From Rhizodiscina lignyota (Eukaryota), in assembly GCA_010015805.1 (NCBI GenBank), contig ML978126.1, forward strand, positions 1,488,001 through 1,552,000: a stretch of 64,000 nucleotides of DNA, in the 5' to 3' direction. The notes beneath the pieces are model-generated. The model was not told where the DNA came from and did no database searches. It saw nothing but the letters and a program-made list of their open reading frames with translations. This document shows, one piece after another, positions 36,857 through 49,329 of this stretch; the first letter of the stretch is position 1, and the number at the start of each line of letters is the position of its first letter. Both the position numbers and the translations under genes were made by a program.

Positions 36857-37691
36857 TTCTATTTAATTTTTTTGTTAATTTTTTGGTAAGGTTGATGTCG
36901 AACTTTTGTACGGAGGTGCAAATACAAGGCCAGACGGAACCTTGGAGAAGCCCACCCTTTTATACGTTTTTAGTTTTAGTTTTGTTTTTATTGTATTTCT
37001 TTTTGCAGCGCTTTAGATTCGTCTTGGTAGGTCTACAGACAGTTTAAAAAAATCGTCGTGTGGCTGTTGTGTGGCTGTAGATAGCCACTTACGGTCTAGC
37101 ACGATCGCTCGCCTCGTCCTTAACTTTGACCGGGAGCTCACTTACTATCAAGAGGCCAACTTACCGTGTCGAGCACAGTGATAGCACCGTTCTCAAACTC
37201 AAGACAGAACCAATTGAAGCCTCTCTCTTCGCTTTTGATGAACCTGAGGTGTCCGGAATTTCATCTGAGCGCTGACTAAACCAGCCTGGCCTTGTGGCTT
37301 TGCGATCCTCCGCAGATCTTCACGGCTGTCCAAGTACGCCTACATACTCACACCCGGCGACTCCGGTTTGGCCCATGGACCTGAAGCGATGGTACTCATC
37401 TTGCACTGTGGCTGCGGCAATCCTGACTCAATGTTGAAGTTGTGTGAGAGGTCGTAAGCGGGCTCTGAATGCGCCCTAAAGAAGCCTGTCAACCGGATTT
37501 CTCCTGACGGAGTTCAGTTTTGGGACTCGCCAATAGGACCGGGAATCAGCTAACCTACTAATAGAGTGGCTAAAGTGCAATGGGATTTATGCAGACTCCG
37601 TATTCACATCCATAGCTCGGCGATAATGCCATCACAACTCGCATCTGCCGAAGGTATCTTTCACATACCCTAAATCCTAAATGTCTTCGAA

Positions 37692-39395
37692 ATGACGCAG
37701 CTATTCAAGTGTGAGACGTGTAGAGCTCGAAAGATCAAAGTAAGCTATACATTCCTTTATCATATCATCCTAAGCTTACATGTCATATAGTGTGACGAAT
37801 CACGTCCAACTTGCCGAGCTTGTTCGTTGGCGGGCCGAGTGTGCAGCTACCGCACAAAAGATCCATCCGTCTTCGCCGTTGAACCTACTACGACGGTGAA
37901 GGGGGTGCAGGACTCCCTGGAAGAAGTAGTCCGGAACATCCTTACGTCACAAGAGTCATCTACTAGTCTCCAATTGCGCAGTGCGCGAATTTCAGATGGA
38001 GGACAAGGAGTGTTTCAGACCTTTAAGCCCAAGAATCGATCGAAGCATACCACACGAAAAGCGCCGGATCTACCAGTGGGGACGAAATTGTATAAAGCAA
38101 CTCAGGGGCCGAGACCAAAGAATGCTCTATCGTCAACTGAATCGAGACTTATATCACGCTGGGGAGCGGTGATGGGCAATGATGAGCCCGTGTCTAATCC
38201 GCTGTCAATCTTTGGCTCGTCGATCCACATGATACCATCACGCATAGGAACAGACCCTGTACTTGATCTCGCCGTGCAGTACTTTGTCCATAGCGGAGAA
38301 ATGCATCGACTCGGTCGCAACATCGCGGGAAATCCCGCCCATGCTACAGGCGAAAAGGCACTCAAGGCACTCAGGCACGCGATGTCTACTCGAGAAGTTG
38401 ATGGCCACATGTTGTTAGCAGTCAAGCTTCACTTTGTCGCCGAGTTACTCGTGCACATGGGAACATGGTACTACGTCATCCACATTCTCGGCATATCGCA
38501 ATTGATCCGGACTCGAATTACAAGAGGCTCCTTCGAGGAGTTGGACTACGCACTGGTCCAAGCATCATACTTCGAAAATGTTACAGAATCCTTATTGAGC
38601 GGGCGAGATTGCGTACTTGATGGGTTTCTTCCGATGGAGGCGATCAGAAAATGGCCCTCGTCATCGACCCCCCTCCATCTTGCAGCCTCGGCGCTTTTGG
38701 AGCACGCGATCAAGGTACCACGCCTTGTCCGACTTGTAAGAGCTTGTGTCGCCAATCCAAGTCAAGCTCCTCTCGTTGCCGAGACTATTCGTCTAGCTGA
38801 GGAGCTCTACTTCAACGACACTAGCTTGCTGGTCGAGAAAGCTCTCGTGGGCGTCTACCTGGCTCCAACTCGCACTCCAAAGATTTTCGATTGCTTCCCA
38901 CAATCGTACCATGGCTTCCCTTCGATTGAGGCTTTCACGCTGAGCATTCGATATCATGCCATTCGCGTTCTGCTCTGCGGGGCCTTGCAGAGGCTTCTAT
39001 CACTCAATATCTCGTCCTCACGTTTCGACCGAGGACTCATAGAGCAGCAGGACATTGATTCAGCCGCTGTGCTTGGAATGTCCGTCGATTACGCCTTGAC
39101 GGTCAAGCAAGCGATTCCACTCGTCACCCTAAGGATGGTGACACCTCTCCAGTGGAGCATTGGCTCGTGGCATCGTCTGCAGGGAAGGGAGCCACATGGT
39201 GATCTTGGCGCACGCCGCCTGGCCATGCTGAATTGGTGCATGGACATTACGAATAGTATTCTCAGGCTGTGGAAGGCTCCCACAAACACTCCTGCTCTCA
39301 TGGTACTCAAGGTGGAAGCGATCTCTGGAGGACCAATCGTAAAGGGTGTGGCAAAAGATATTGACTGGCTGTCCAGATATGAATATGGTGCGTGA
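37692..39395 (+). CDS. Zn(II)2Cys6 transcription factor
   Basis: CETCRARKIK|CDESRPTCRACSLAGRVC assembled across intron 37740-37790. Confidence 0.9.
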
Positions 39396-40186
39396 CTACA
39401 TCTGAAGGAATATCTTGGGTAGAATATCTAGTCCTCCGTCTTACTTCTCATTACCTTGACCGCGAGTCTGTGTGCTGTCCCTGCCGTTAGCTATGCGGTC
39501 ATGCTCCGTGAATATGCCCCGCGTCCCGATGCAAGCATCATCATAATTCTACTTCGAGACTTGAGGCTGTGACACTCGCACTTTTCCCGCCACAGCTCTG
39601 CCTGATTGGTGCTCAGATGAAGATCATTTTGCCAAGAATTTCCCTTTACGGAAAAACTGCGCGCTTTAACCCATGGGAAGTACAGGAACAGCTTTTGTAT
39701 CCCCGCGTGCCCAGGGGTACACTTCGACGCCCAATGTTCACGGCTTCCCCGTCGCCAATCATACGAGAAGAGACATTTCGCCTGTGGAATTCGCATAAGG
39801 CACTCGCAGATTCACTACATGTAAGGGGCCTTCGTGGCCGTCGTGGCACAGTTGTAAAGAAGTCCGTGCAGTCGGCTGATAATTCCTGTCCCAGTCCTCC
39901 CTGAAGCTCCAAAGTGCGTGAACTTACTCAATGTGTGATTAAAGCTTCAGCCATAGGCGTGATCGTCGCTTCTTCATCATGGGATTATATGACGACAAAA
40001 TCTTGCTTTCATCTCAATTCCGTCGAGATAAAAGGCTCGAATTCTTCCCTTTCATAGAGGACATCACAATCATACGAAGCTCCAGCAAACAAAACGACAT
40101 CAAAAACTCACCGAAATCCTCTTTCCACTCAGAACAACTTTAAACAATCTAGTCTCTACCTCCGCTGTTACTTCCGAATTATCAAT

Positions 40187-40702
40187 ATGCAGTCCTTCAC
40201 GATCCTCTCTATTTCATCCTTCCTCCTCCTCACGAATTTCGTATTGGCCGACGTCCATGGCTGCCCTGGGGTCTTCCACGTCGAAGCCAGCGACTCCTCC
40301 GCCTGCTGCGTCGGCGGCACGCTGGCACCAGTCGTCGTGTCGTCCTGCCCCGGATGGCCTCAATGCACCGGGCCCGCAACGACCAGCCAGGAACACAAAC
40401 CATTGAGCTGCGCAACCGACATCCCTTTCACCGCGAGCGACTACAGCCAGCAGGTCGCCAGCGCGAGCTCGAGCCTTAAAGCGAGCGGCACGCAAATTCG
40501 CACCACCATCACAGGTGCGGGAGACGCCAGTGCTGGGAGCACTGCGACTGGCGCGGCGTCTAGCACTGGGGGATCCAGTGACTCGTCTGCGACATCGACC
40601 GAGAGCAGTGCGGCGGCGGCCTCTACGAATGCCGCTTATATGGTCGCGGGTTCTGCTGGTGCGCTGGGAGCTGCCGTTGCCGCTGCCATTGGCATGCTCT
40701 AA
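40187..40702 (+). CDS. Small secreted, probably GPI-anchored Cys/Ser/Thr-rich cell-surface protein
   Basis: Signal peptide, 6-Cys domain, S/T/A linker, omega-site-like NAA and hydrophobic tail. Confidence 0.85.
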   Translation: MQSFTILSISSFLLLTNFVLADVHGCPGVFHVEASDSSACCVGGTLAPVVVSSCPGWPQCTGPATTSQEHKPLSCATDIPFTASDYSQQVASASSSLKASGTQIRTTITGAGDASAGSTATGAASSTGGSSDSSATSTESSAAAASTNAAYMVAGSAGALGAAVAAAIGML

Positions 40703-42630
40703 GGTCGGATGCGGGATAGTTGGTGGCATCTGGACCAGTTGAAGCTAGCAAAGGGAAGGGTAATCCAACGTGAGGTGCCGATACGTTACGGTGGCATAGC
40801 TTTTCCAGGATCGTCTGTGGGCCTTGTAGGAGGATGACAATGGAAAGCAGTAATATGGTGGAAAGGCTGATGCGAAAGATTCAGGATGACCTGGCAAGTA
40901 GAAGTTGAAGATGGTCAGTCGAAGCTAGTTAGAGTGTATCATTACTCATATGGTTTGTTGAGCTAGGCGCTGAAGTTGTTTTTCGTCGGATAGCATGTTT
41001 CCTATAACCTATCAATATACTTCTCCAAAGTTGCCGAGATGTTCTGTATATGGACGTGATGTGGGTAATAGGTGATTAGCTGCAGTCTCCTGCGCTAAAG
41101 CTATGATGATTTGTGTATATTTGTCTCGTGGCCAGCGTGCCGTAGCGGATGGATGTGGGACTGTTTGGGTGATGCTCAGATCTGCCATCTTTGCTCCGCT
41201 CTAGATGGGGCAGGGAGTTATCGTAGTGCCAATAGAGAATAACCCATTCCGCACTTAATTTCTCTGCTGATTTTGCGGCAGTTTCAGGCCAACCGACGGA
41301 GCAGATTGAGAACCTTCTTCTTCCCTGGAGACAGACGACCCTGTGAGTTCAATGTACGCACTCACATGGAGACCAAATCTCGTGGTATTGAAATACAATG
41401 CCAAACAATGGCTGCTGACTGTGACGCGTTTCTTCCGCAGTAGTGACTTGGCGAGAGGTTGAAAGAAGACAAGAGTCTCTGGGCAAGTCAAGCAAGTCAA
41501 GCCTTCCCTTAAAAGAGACGGTTTACTTGATGCTCTTGTCATGCACAAGGTCGGCCAAGCCGAGCCTAGATCATCTCATGGTTAATTCTTCTGGGAGCCA
41601 GCTCCTCGGACGCGTCTTCAAAGGTGGAGATCCACAGCCCAGGCCACTCGTCGATCCTTGCCCGAAGGGAACCGACGTTCGAACCTCAGCTCTCCTTTCT
41701 CACCCACTCCACGCGCATTTCTCGTATGCCATCGCCCAAAGGTTTCCCGGCTCTTGGTAGACAACCCACTGGTGACATCGTCCCGGGCTGTTTGAAGTCA
41801 GATACGCGCCAATAGCGTCCCCGATTAGAGCCTGCATGCCTGCATTAGTCTGGACCCTTCGAAAAGGCCAAGCTTCTATATATCCAGCTCGAGGTTGACT
41901 TCCTCTTCACTTCCGAGGTCTTTACTCTGCAAAATGGACCAATTTTAGATCCGCTGCTCAGCTGGCCAGCTCACCCAGTCGACCTTGGCAGCGGAAGTGG
42001 GCCTACTTCTTCAACGCCAATTTCTGCTCCACTCTTGGCAGTATCCCTTGTATTCGACTGTTCCGGCTGGCCACGAGTTATCTCAATGCGGCAGTATTAT
42101 GTATATTTCTTCATAGCCCTCCTCATTGAATGGCCAGAAACTTGCCTAAACTGTAATACTTCGATGAGCCAAGGGCTTGATACGAGTTAACGGGACAAAA
42201 ATTTATCCTCATTTGAGTACTGCTCACGTGCGTAAGCTCGAGGAATATCCGTTTATTTCAATCCCATCTCAATATACCTCGCTTGCTCATGATCTACTGT
42301 AATGCAGTCATTCTTCTCGTTTCGTATTGTTCGCTGGGCTTTCTTCAACTCCACCAAAATTGAGGCATGGACTCATGAACTACATCCTTCCAAATACACA
42401 AAGTCCAGCCAGCAAACCTCAGTGAGATCTAGAATTCTAATATGGATAATTGGCTTTCCTGCAATGGCCCCTTCATGGATTCCGTAATATATAAAGAGGG
42501 CTAAGTTGCTGTACATCGTCGGATCGTCCTCTTCAAGCGCAAGTCCGGACAACTTTGTCGACACTCGCTCTTTAGGAACATTTTCAACCCAAAAAAGCGC
42601 AGTAACTGTTTCGACTATTCTCTATCAACG

Positions 42631-43138
42631 ATGGTTCGTTTGCCCGACTCCCTGTCAAGTGCTTCGAGACACAGTGAAGCTTACATGCGTCTCTCACCAG
42701 AAGTTCATCCTCACTACCGTCACCCTCATCGGCGCTGCCATCGCAGCAGTGGCACCAGCCGCCAAACCTGTCGGCGGCCCTGGTACTGGCACCCTCACTG
42801 TCTTCTCTGGTGGCACATTCAAGTGTGCAAACATCAACTCCGTCATCCCAACCGACGGTACCGCAGGTGACGCAGTATCCGCCTCTATCGTTGAGGATGG
42901 CTGCGCCATTATCGATGTGACGGACCAGTCCCTCATAACCCTCACCATGACCCAGGCACCCAAGACCGGCACGCTCGGTTGCTACGTCCAACTCTTCACC
43001 CAGCAAGGGTGTGGCTTCACGCTCAACAACTTCTTCTGGGGACAGCCGATCCCCGGCACGAACGTGGGCACGAAACTGGGCTGTGCACAGGTCCCAGCTG
43101 GTTTTGGTTTTGGCGGCGCTTCAATGTTCTGCGCATGA
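42631..43138 (+). CDS. Small secreted Cys-containing protein (effector-like)
   Basis: ATG, then intron 42634-42700, then KFILTTVTLIGAAIA signal peptide; 6 Cys in mature part; TATATAAA near 42488. Confidence 0.8.
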
Positions 43139-43742
43139 TTTCTTCATACTCTCGCTTGTGGCGGATTACTCTCGTTGAAGCTGAACATGCAGAGACTGCA
43201 AATAATGCACAATCGAGGAGTCTTGAGGTATCCATGAAAAATGGAAGAATTCAAAGTCGATTCCAAGCCTGTACGTAATGCTCTAGTGCGGATTATGATT
43301 GGTGCTGGAATGATGCTTGCCATGTTTGATTGGTTACAACACTTGCAGGCCAAGATCTTACTCTGCATATCGATCCGACCTCGCCCTACCGTGCAACTTG
43401 CAGAAGCACTATGCGGTGTTTGTCCTGTCCTTTCATCAGATCATGCAGGTTCATATGTCATTATGTACGGTATGAATAATTCGTTCTAATAGTAAATATT
43501 TTGGTATTGCAACGAATGTAACTTCGATCGCACTAATTCCGCCGAAAATGCTAAAGTTTGAACGAAAGTTTGCTCATTCAGAATCAGCTGCAACATTCAT
43601 CAACTACCATACTTCCCACTACGCACAATCTGTCCAAATAAGTCGGACTTATTGTTCTGCAGGCTACATGAGAGACGACTACAACGAACGTAACCCATGC
43701 CAACCTGTTATCCTTCGTGGCGACAATGTACCCTCCACGCAA

Positions 43743-44610
43743 TCAGCATCCGTATGGAATATAGTCACAATAAGGGACAAAGAAACAGTCAAAATCTCTC
43801 TGCCAAGTTTTGTCGCTGTTCTGGTGCCATGAGTCCAGTAAATCACGCTGGCCTGGCTCTTCGCACGTATTCGCCGTCCATTTCGGAACAGGACAGTTCG
43901 CAGATAAGTCCGAGCCAGAATTCCCAGTGCAATGGTCCTCTCGATCCCCGAATAAATTGAAAGGATTTGTCGCAGTCGAGTTCTCGTAGCTCATCTTCAG
44001 CTGTGTTGACGAATAGTCGTGGGGGTTCTGGACATTCACGTAGAGCGACGTCATTCCGGGTTCGGAAATGGTGAATGTTGGCCGCGTGCCGTACATTGAG
44101 CCTTTCAAGAGGTTGGCTTGATAGTCGTAGAGCTACCACCTATGCATCAGCTAAAGTGAAATGTCCATATAGGTATATTTAAATGACCAGGGATACGCAC
44201 ACAACATGCCAATCGCCATCATTGCCCTCCCACTGCCTGATGTGCAGTTGATACCACTTATCATTTGGAAGCTGGTTAGAGTTGTCTGCGTCTTCGCTTT
44301 AGGGTGGTGTGGCATCGGACACAGGTGGTTTGGCCATTGATGTTGTTGTCGATGGGATTGTCGATGGGATTGTCGATGAGGTTGTCGATGAGGTTGTCGA
44401 CGAATTTATTGTGAGGCTGTCAATGGAGTGCAAGCTACTATACTCGGCAACTAGGCTTGACTCTACATTCAGAGCACTCAAATGTGCCATAGATGCAATG
44501 CTCGTAATATGAGCAGAAACTGTTGAATTGGAAACAGGTGCTTTGGTCGTCGATGTGATGGCCGATGGGATTGTTGACCCGGTTATTAACGAGGTTGTTG
44601 ATGAGGTCAT
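43743..44610 (-). pseudogene. Pseudogene of a Ser/Thr-rich linker plus Cys/Trp-rich extracellular domain protein
   Basis: Continuous spliced frame interrupted by TAA (44299-44301) and TAG (44134-44136); intact intron ~44140-44200; no signal peptide or 5' end found. Confidence 0.6.
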
Positions 44611-45050
44611 TGTGCTGCTTGCTAGCGGGTTCGTGATAGTTCGTGGTCGTGAAGACGCCGGGCAGAGATTCTGAAAGAACTCTCAGCGCAAAGAATTAGG
44701 AAAAATTAGCAGGTCGGCTGAGTTGACTCACGATATTATATCCGTAACCCTCAGTCGCAATCCAAGTACCATTGATAGCGACTGTAATGTCAGCGGTGGA
44801 ATTGCTGCTTCCCCATTGACTTATGCTAGTATTCGGAGAAATCGTCGTGGACAGCGGCGAAATTGGCCGCGCTTTCTCAATATCTCATGTGAACTCTTTT
44901 TCTCATTTGTAAGGCGGCGAAAATGGCGCTGGCTCGACGTATATTTATTTGTGAAAGTATCTTTTTGATCTAGAAGTCATTGATCTTTCACCCATTTCAA
45001 CTTCTCTATTTCTCTAAACTCTACTTTCTTTTCGCTAAGGAATCAAAACC

Positions 45051-45812
45051 ATGACGGCCGCAAAGAAAACAACAGCACTGATATCCGGTGCCAACGCAGG
45101 CATTGGGCGTGCTGTGGCGACCCAGCTCGCCAAAGATCACGGATACCATGTTATTGTCGGATCGCGAAATGAAGCGGCGGGAAAGGAAGTCGCTGGTGCC
45201 TTGATAGCGGATGGGTCCGCGGCTTCATCGGTCCAGCTTGATCTCACCTCGGACGAGTCGATTTCTGCAGCTGTTAGCTGGATTGAGCACGAGTTCGGCG
45301 TATTGGATGTGCTGATTAACAATGCCGGCATCCTGATTGACCGCGTCTCCAAATCCGATGTCGCTGAAGGCCACAAACAGTTGTCCACGCGAGAGCTCTT
45401 CACCCAGACCTTCAATACAAATGTCATTGGAACGGCCTGCTTGACCGAAGCGTGCTTGCCGCTGCTTCGCAAATCCGACTTTGCGCGGCTTGTCTTTGTC
45501 TCCTCGCGCATGGGATCCCTCACATTGTCAACGAACAAGGAAACGCCATACTACAGTATAGACTACAAGGTATACGATTCTAGCAAGGCTGCTCTGAACA
45601 TGTTGGCTCTCAACTACGCTAGGATCCTCGATGATGTCGGTGCCAAGGTGAACGCAGCATGTCCTGGATTGGTCCAGACCAAACTCACCAATTACCACGC
45701 ATGGGGTACGTCCACAGAGCTGGGCGCACAGAGGATTGTTCAATTGGCGACTTGTGGGAAGGACGGTCCAACAGCGACGTTTTCAGATCGAGATGGAAGT
45801 ATCCCTTGGTGA
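45051..45812 (+). CDS. Short-chain dehydrogenase/reductase (carbonyl reductase-like)
   Basis: SGANAGIG, LDVLINNAG, VSS, YDSSK, CPGLVQT. Confidence 0.95.
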   Translation: MTAAKKTTALISGANAGIGRAVATQLAKDHGYHVIVGSRNEAAGKEVAGALIADGSAASSVQLDLTSDESISAAVSWIEHEFGVLDVLINNAGILIDRVSKSDVAEGHKQLSTRELFTQTFNTNVIGTACLTEACLPLLRKSDFARLVFVSSRMGSLTLSTNKETPYYSIDYKVYDSSKAALNMLALNYARILDDVGAKVNAACPGLVQTKLTNYHAWGTSTELGAQRIVQLATCGKDGPTATFSDRDGSIPW

Positions 45813-45875
45813 TTGAGTGGCTTGGGGTATGGCGAAAGGCATTTGAAATTCGAAAGCACATAGCAGACGGCTTGG

Positions 45876-47616
45876 TCATACCATCGTGCCAGCTAGATTC
45901 AAAAGGGATCCGAGATTATCGACTCCTGCGTTCCACTTATCCAGTTTCTGTGCATTTGACACCAGGTAACCGGACTGCTGTGTGTCGATCAGATCGCCCA
46001 AAGTTACCAGTCCGCTTGTTTGGAGTACTCGGCTAGCTTCATACTCCACTTCCCAAGCAGCCTGCGAGGGCGCCTCCCAAAGATATTTGAGGCCAGGAAG
46101 CGGCAGAGATCTGTAGCTTTGCGATGGGTCACAAACAACTCCGGTCTTGACACATATGGCGCAGCCAATGAGGAACCATAGATTCGACAGCCTGAACAAC
46201 GGCAATTAGCAAGGATGCGACAACCACGCAAAGAGGAGGCGTACCGTCGTTGGGATTCGGCAAAAATCCAATCTTGCCAATTCAAGCTTGGGTTAGAAAG
46301 CTCACTCTGGGTAAGAGATCCTACGCCGCAGATCTGTTTAAATGACATGTAGAGGACCTTCACAGGTTAGCTCTCGATTCTCGAAGGGAAAGTACCATGA
46401 GGCTCATACGTGTAATGCGCTGAGAAGATCCAGGCTAGTCTCTCCACTTTCAGGGGACTGGTCAACGATACACATGATCAGGTAGATCGTGCAAGCTTGC
46501 ACTGCGGCAAGAAGTTCGAATGTGGACATGCGGTGCTCCTTTGCATTGTCAGAATGCGAACACAGTGGAGCAAAGATACGCACCTCATTGGCAAACCGAC
46601 GATATTCAGCCTTGATGGTAGACCAAAGAAAAGGCTTCGTTTCAGATGTTCGTGAAGCAAACATTTGCGCAATGCCCATGCAGGTTGAAAGGGCTTCAGG
46701 TAGAGCAGCTCCTTCTGACTTTGAGAGGAGGTGCGAGTGCGGATGGATAAACCAGGGGAAAGTCTCTCTTCGCAACATCATTGTAGGAAATGACCTCAAT
46801 GACTGAATGATAAGATCTGCGTTGTGTTGGGCGTGGGGCCGCTCTGTTTGCTGGATCACCAAGAGATTTGAATCCAGCTCCATCTTGGGATTCTCAATTA
46901 CTGCTGAGAGAGAGACTCTGCCTGTCCATGAACACCAATTTGGTTGGTCTGATTTGTCTTTTGGAACCACTGAGACATTTGATAGACATTGAAGCTGACC
47001 AGCTGTGTAATCTTCGAGCGCGAAGAGCCCCTCAAGATCGAGAGGCTCATTGAACGAAAATGCTTCCGTGTTCAAGTCAACTGATGAAAGACCATGGCTG
47101 CTGGTAATCTCAAGCTGGGTGACATCTCTGGCTGAACGGCCGATAAAGGCAGTACTTGTGTCGGATAAGATTCCACCATCGGCATACAACCGCGAAGATT
47201 CGAGAGCGGCAATTGGTCTGCTCCAAGATCTTGCGCTTCCCTGGTGGACTGCTCCTGATGATGCGGGAGTCCCCCGTCTTTCCACTGCCGCCGCTCCATC
47301 GTATACACACTCGACACTCTTCTTCATGCACCGTGAACAAGGCGTCTCAAAGCTACATTTTATCTTCGCGGCGTTACACGCGCGACACGATCGGGGACGA
47401 TTGCGCGTGCGACTACCACAATATCGAAGATGACGATGGCGTGTGGACTCTGTTCCGAGTGTCAGATAAAGACGGAGTAGCAACACATGTCCCAGAGGAA
47501 ATCCTACCACTTGTGAATGGTTTGTCACAGCGCGAGCAAAAATAAATGGCCGCTGTCGAAGAGGAATTGTAAGACGGCCGGTTGGGCGAATCGGTAAAGA
47601 TTGCTTCTCCCTCCAT
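45876..47616 (-). CDS. Transcription factor with C2H2/C2HC finger followed by Zn(II)2Cys6 cluster
   Basis: CSRCDKPFTS|ESTRHRHLRYC and CRACNAAKIKCSFETPCSRCMKKSVEC; C-terminal WIFAESQRR, LPLPGLKYLWEA; several introns. Confidence 0.87.
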
Positions 47617-48328
47617 GATTTGCTATGTACAATTAATAGTTGAAAAGAACCAGGCAATTACGTCCTTGCCTTGGACAAAACGCAGAGGATTGCTAGCGCC
47701 ACCGTCGACCTAATGCGTGCAAGGCTGATGACTAATTCCAAGCGGTATACATGTAAAGGCGGGTCAGAACTAGGAGGTTTCCTTAGTTACGGCCAAATTG
47801 GCCGATTCCACCCTTGGCAAGATCCAGGGGCCGTGCTAGGCTCCAGGTGCGAAAGTCAGAATGGAGTGAATGGAGTCTGATATACTGGTTTGGGCAGAAA
47901 GAGGATACGTCAGCGCATATGATCAGGATCAAACCACCTGCTCCCACACTCCCATGAGGATGCCCTCTTTCCTTAGAGCTGTATCGAATCTTTGTGCTTA
48001 ACAGCAACAGCGAATGGCGATGGTTCGGATCTATCAATGTCGCTTATCTTTCGGCGCTTACTCTGCAAATCCCCACGCTTCCGCCGCACTTAGTAAAGAT
48101 CCAGGACGCAAAGCCTCAATAGGCAGTTGCAGGGATCACATGCATGTGGTATAGTCTGTCAAAGTCGGCGTCAGTCAACATGAATTGAAGCATTGAGTGA
48201 ATCACTGCCGTGCCTCACCTGTATAAAACGTGCCCATGACACCGAATAGATCTCCAGCTTCAGTATCACTACATCCTCACTCCATTGCTTTGTGAAAAAT
48301 TCCGAACTCCAAACACGTCGAAACAACC

Positions 48329-48993
48329 ATGGCTGAGGGATTCGCTACCGCCGACAAATCCAAGCCTTACGTTCCTCTAAATTGTGCCGGCAACGACATC
48401 GACCGCGGGTACAAAGATGGTGACGCGACAGCTACCTGCTTCTGTGGCGCCGTGCAACTGGCCTTTGTAAGCCCGATATCTGAATGCTGCACAAGAGATC
48501 TGGCCATGCGCTGTCCCTCCCCATTCCTCACTACCAAACTTGCCTGTCCCTGCTCTAATAATGCCACTAGCCAACTGAAGGCCCGGGCCTTGTGAATACG
48601 TTCGTCTGCAATTGTGTCGATTGCCGCAAACTCACCGCCTCAATGTTCGCATCCAACTTCACCATTGACGCCAAATATTTGACGCACGTGCGCGGGCGCG
48701 ACAACCTCAAGAGCTGGGCCAACTCAGTCACTCCAGTTAGGGAAAACACCACCATGACCGACTACTTCTGCTCCACGTGTGGAACGCTCATGTACCGCAT
48801 CAGCTCGGCCTTCCCAGCGGCGCCCATACTGCGCATCGGCAGTGTGGATGACCTCAGCCTGCACGAGACTAAATTGAAGCCGCAATGGGAGCAGTTTACC
48901 AAGGACCGAGTCCGTTGGTTTCCTGGCGTGCAAGACGAGGAGATCAAGCGGCTGGAGGGCAATTCGCTGACCTACACTCTTAAGGACGGTTGA
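48329..48993 (+). CDS. GFA / Mss4-like (CENP-V family) zinc-binding protein
   Basis: CFCGAV, CNCVDCRK, FCSTCGT; intron 48466-48570. Confidence 0.92.
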
Positions 48994-49329
48994 GAAATGT
49001 GTAGGATAGATCAGCCTAAGAGTGGGTAGTTAGTTTAAGTAGAAAGAGAATAGCGCGTATAATCGGGAAGACGAAAACAGATCGCGCTGGTATTAAGTTC
49101 TAACGATTTTGGCCTCGATACTGAATTGCGAACTGTGATGTTTCGCTATACCGCGGTGCATATGAGAAACCCTTGCCGACCACAAAGGAAAAACGAAAGA
49201 ATGGCCAATTCAGAGAATTAGATCATCGCAGATCTATATTGGCCCAATTTTCGGTCATTCGTAGGTACAGGAGGGGCCAGTTTCAGAATGATCTGTTGTA
49301 TTCACGACTGTACGACCTGTACTCCTCTT

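Noticed and set aside
40214..40729. 171-aa antisense ORF over the GPI protein
   Set aside because: Arg-rich shadow of the sense gene
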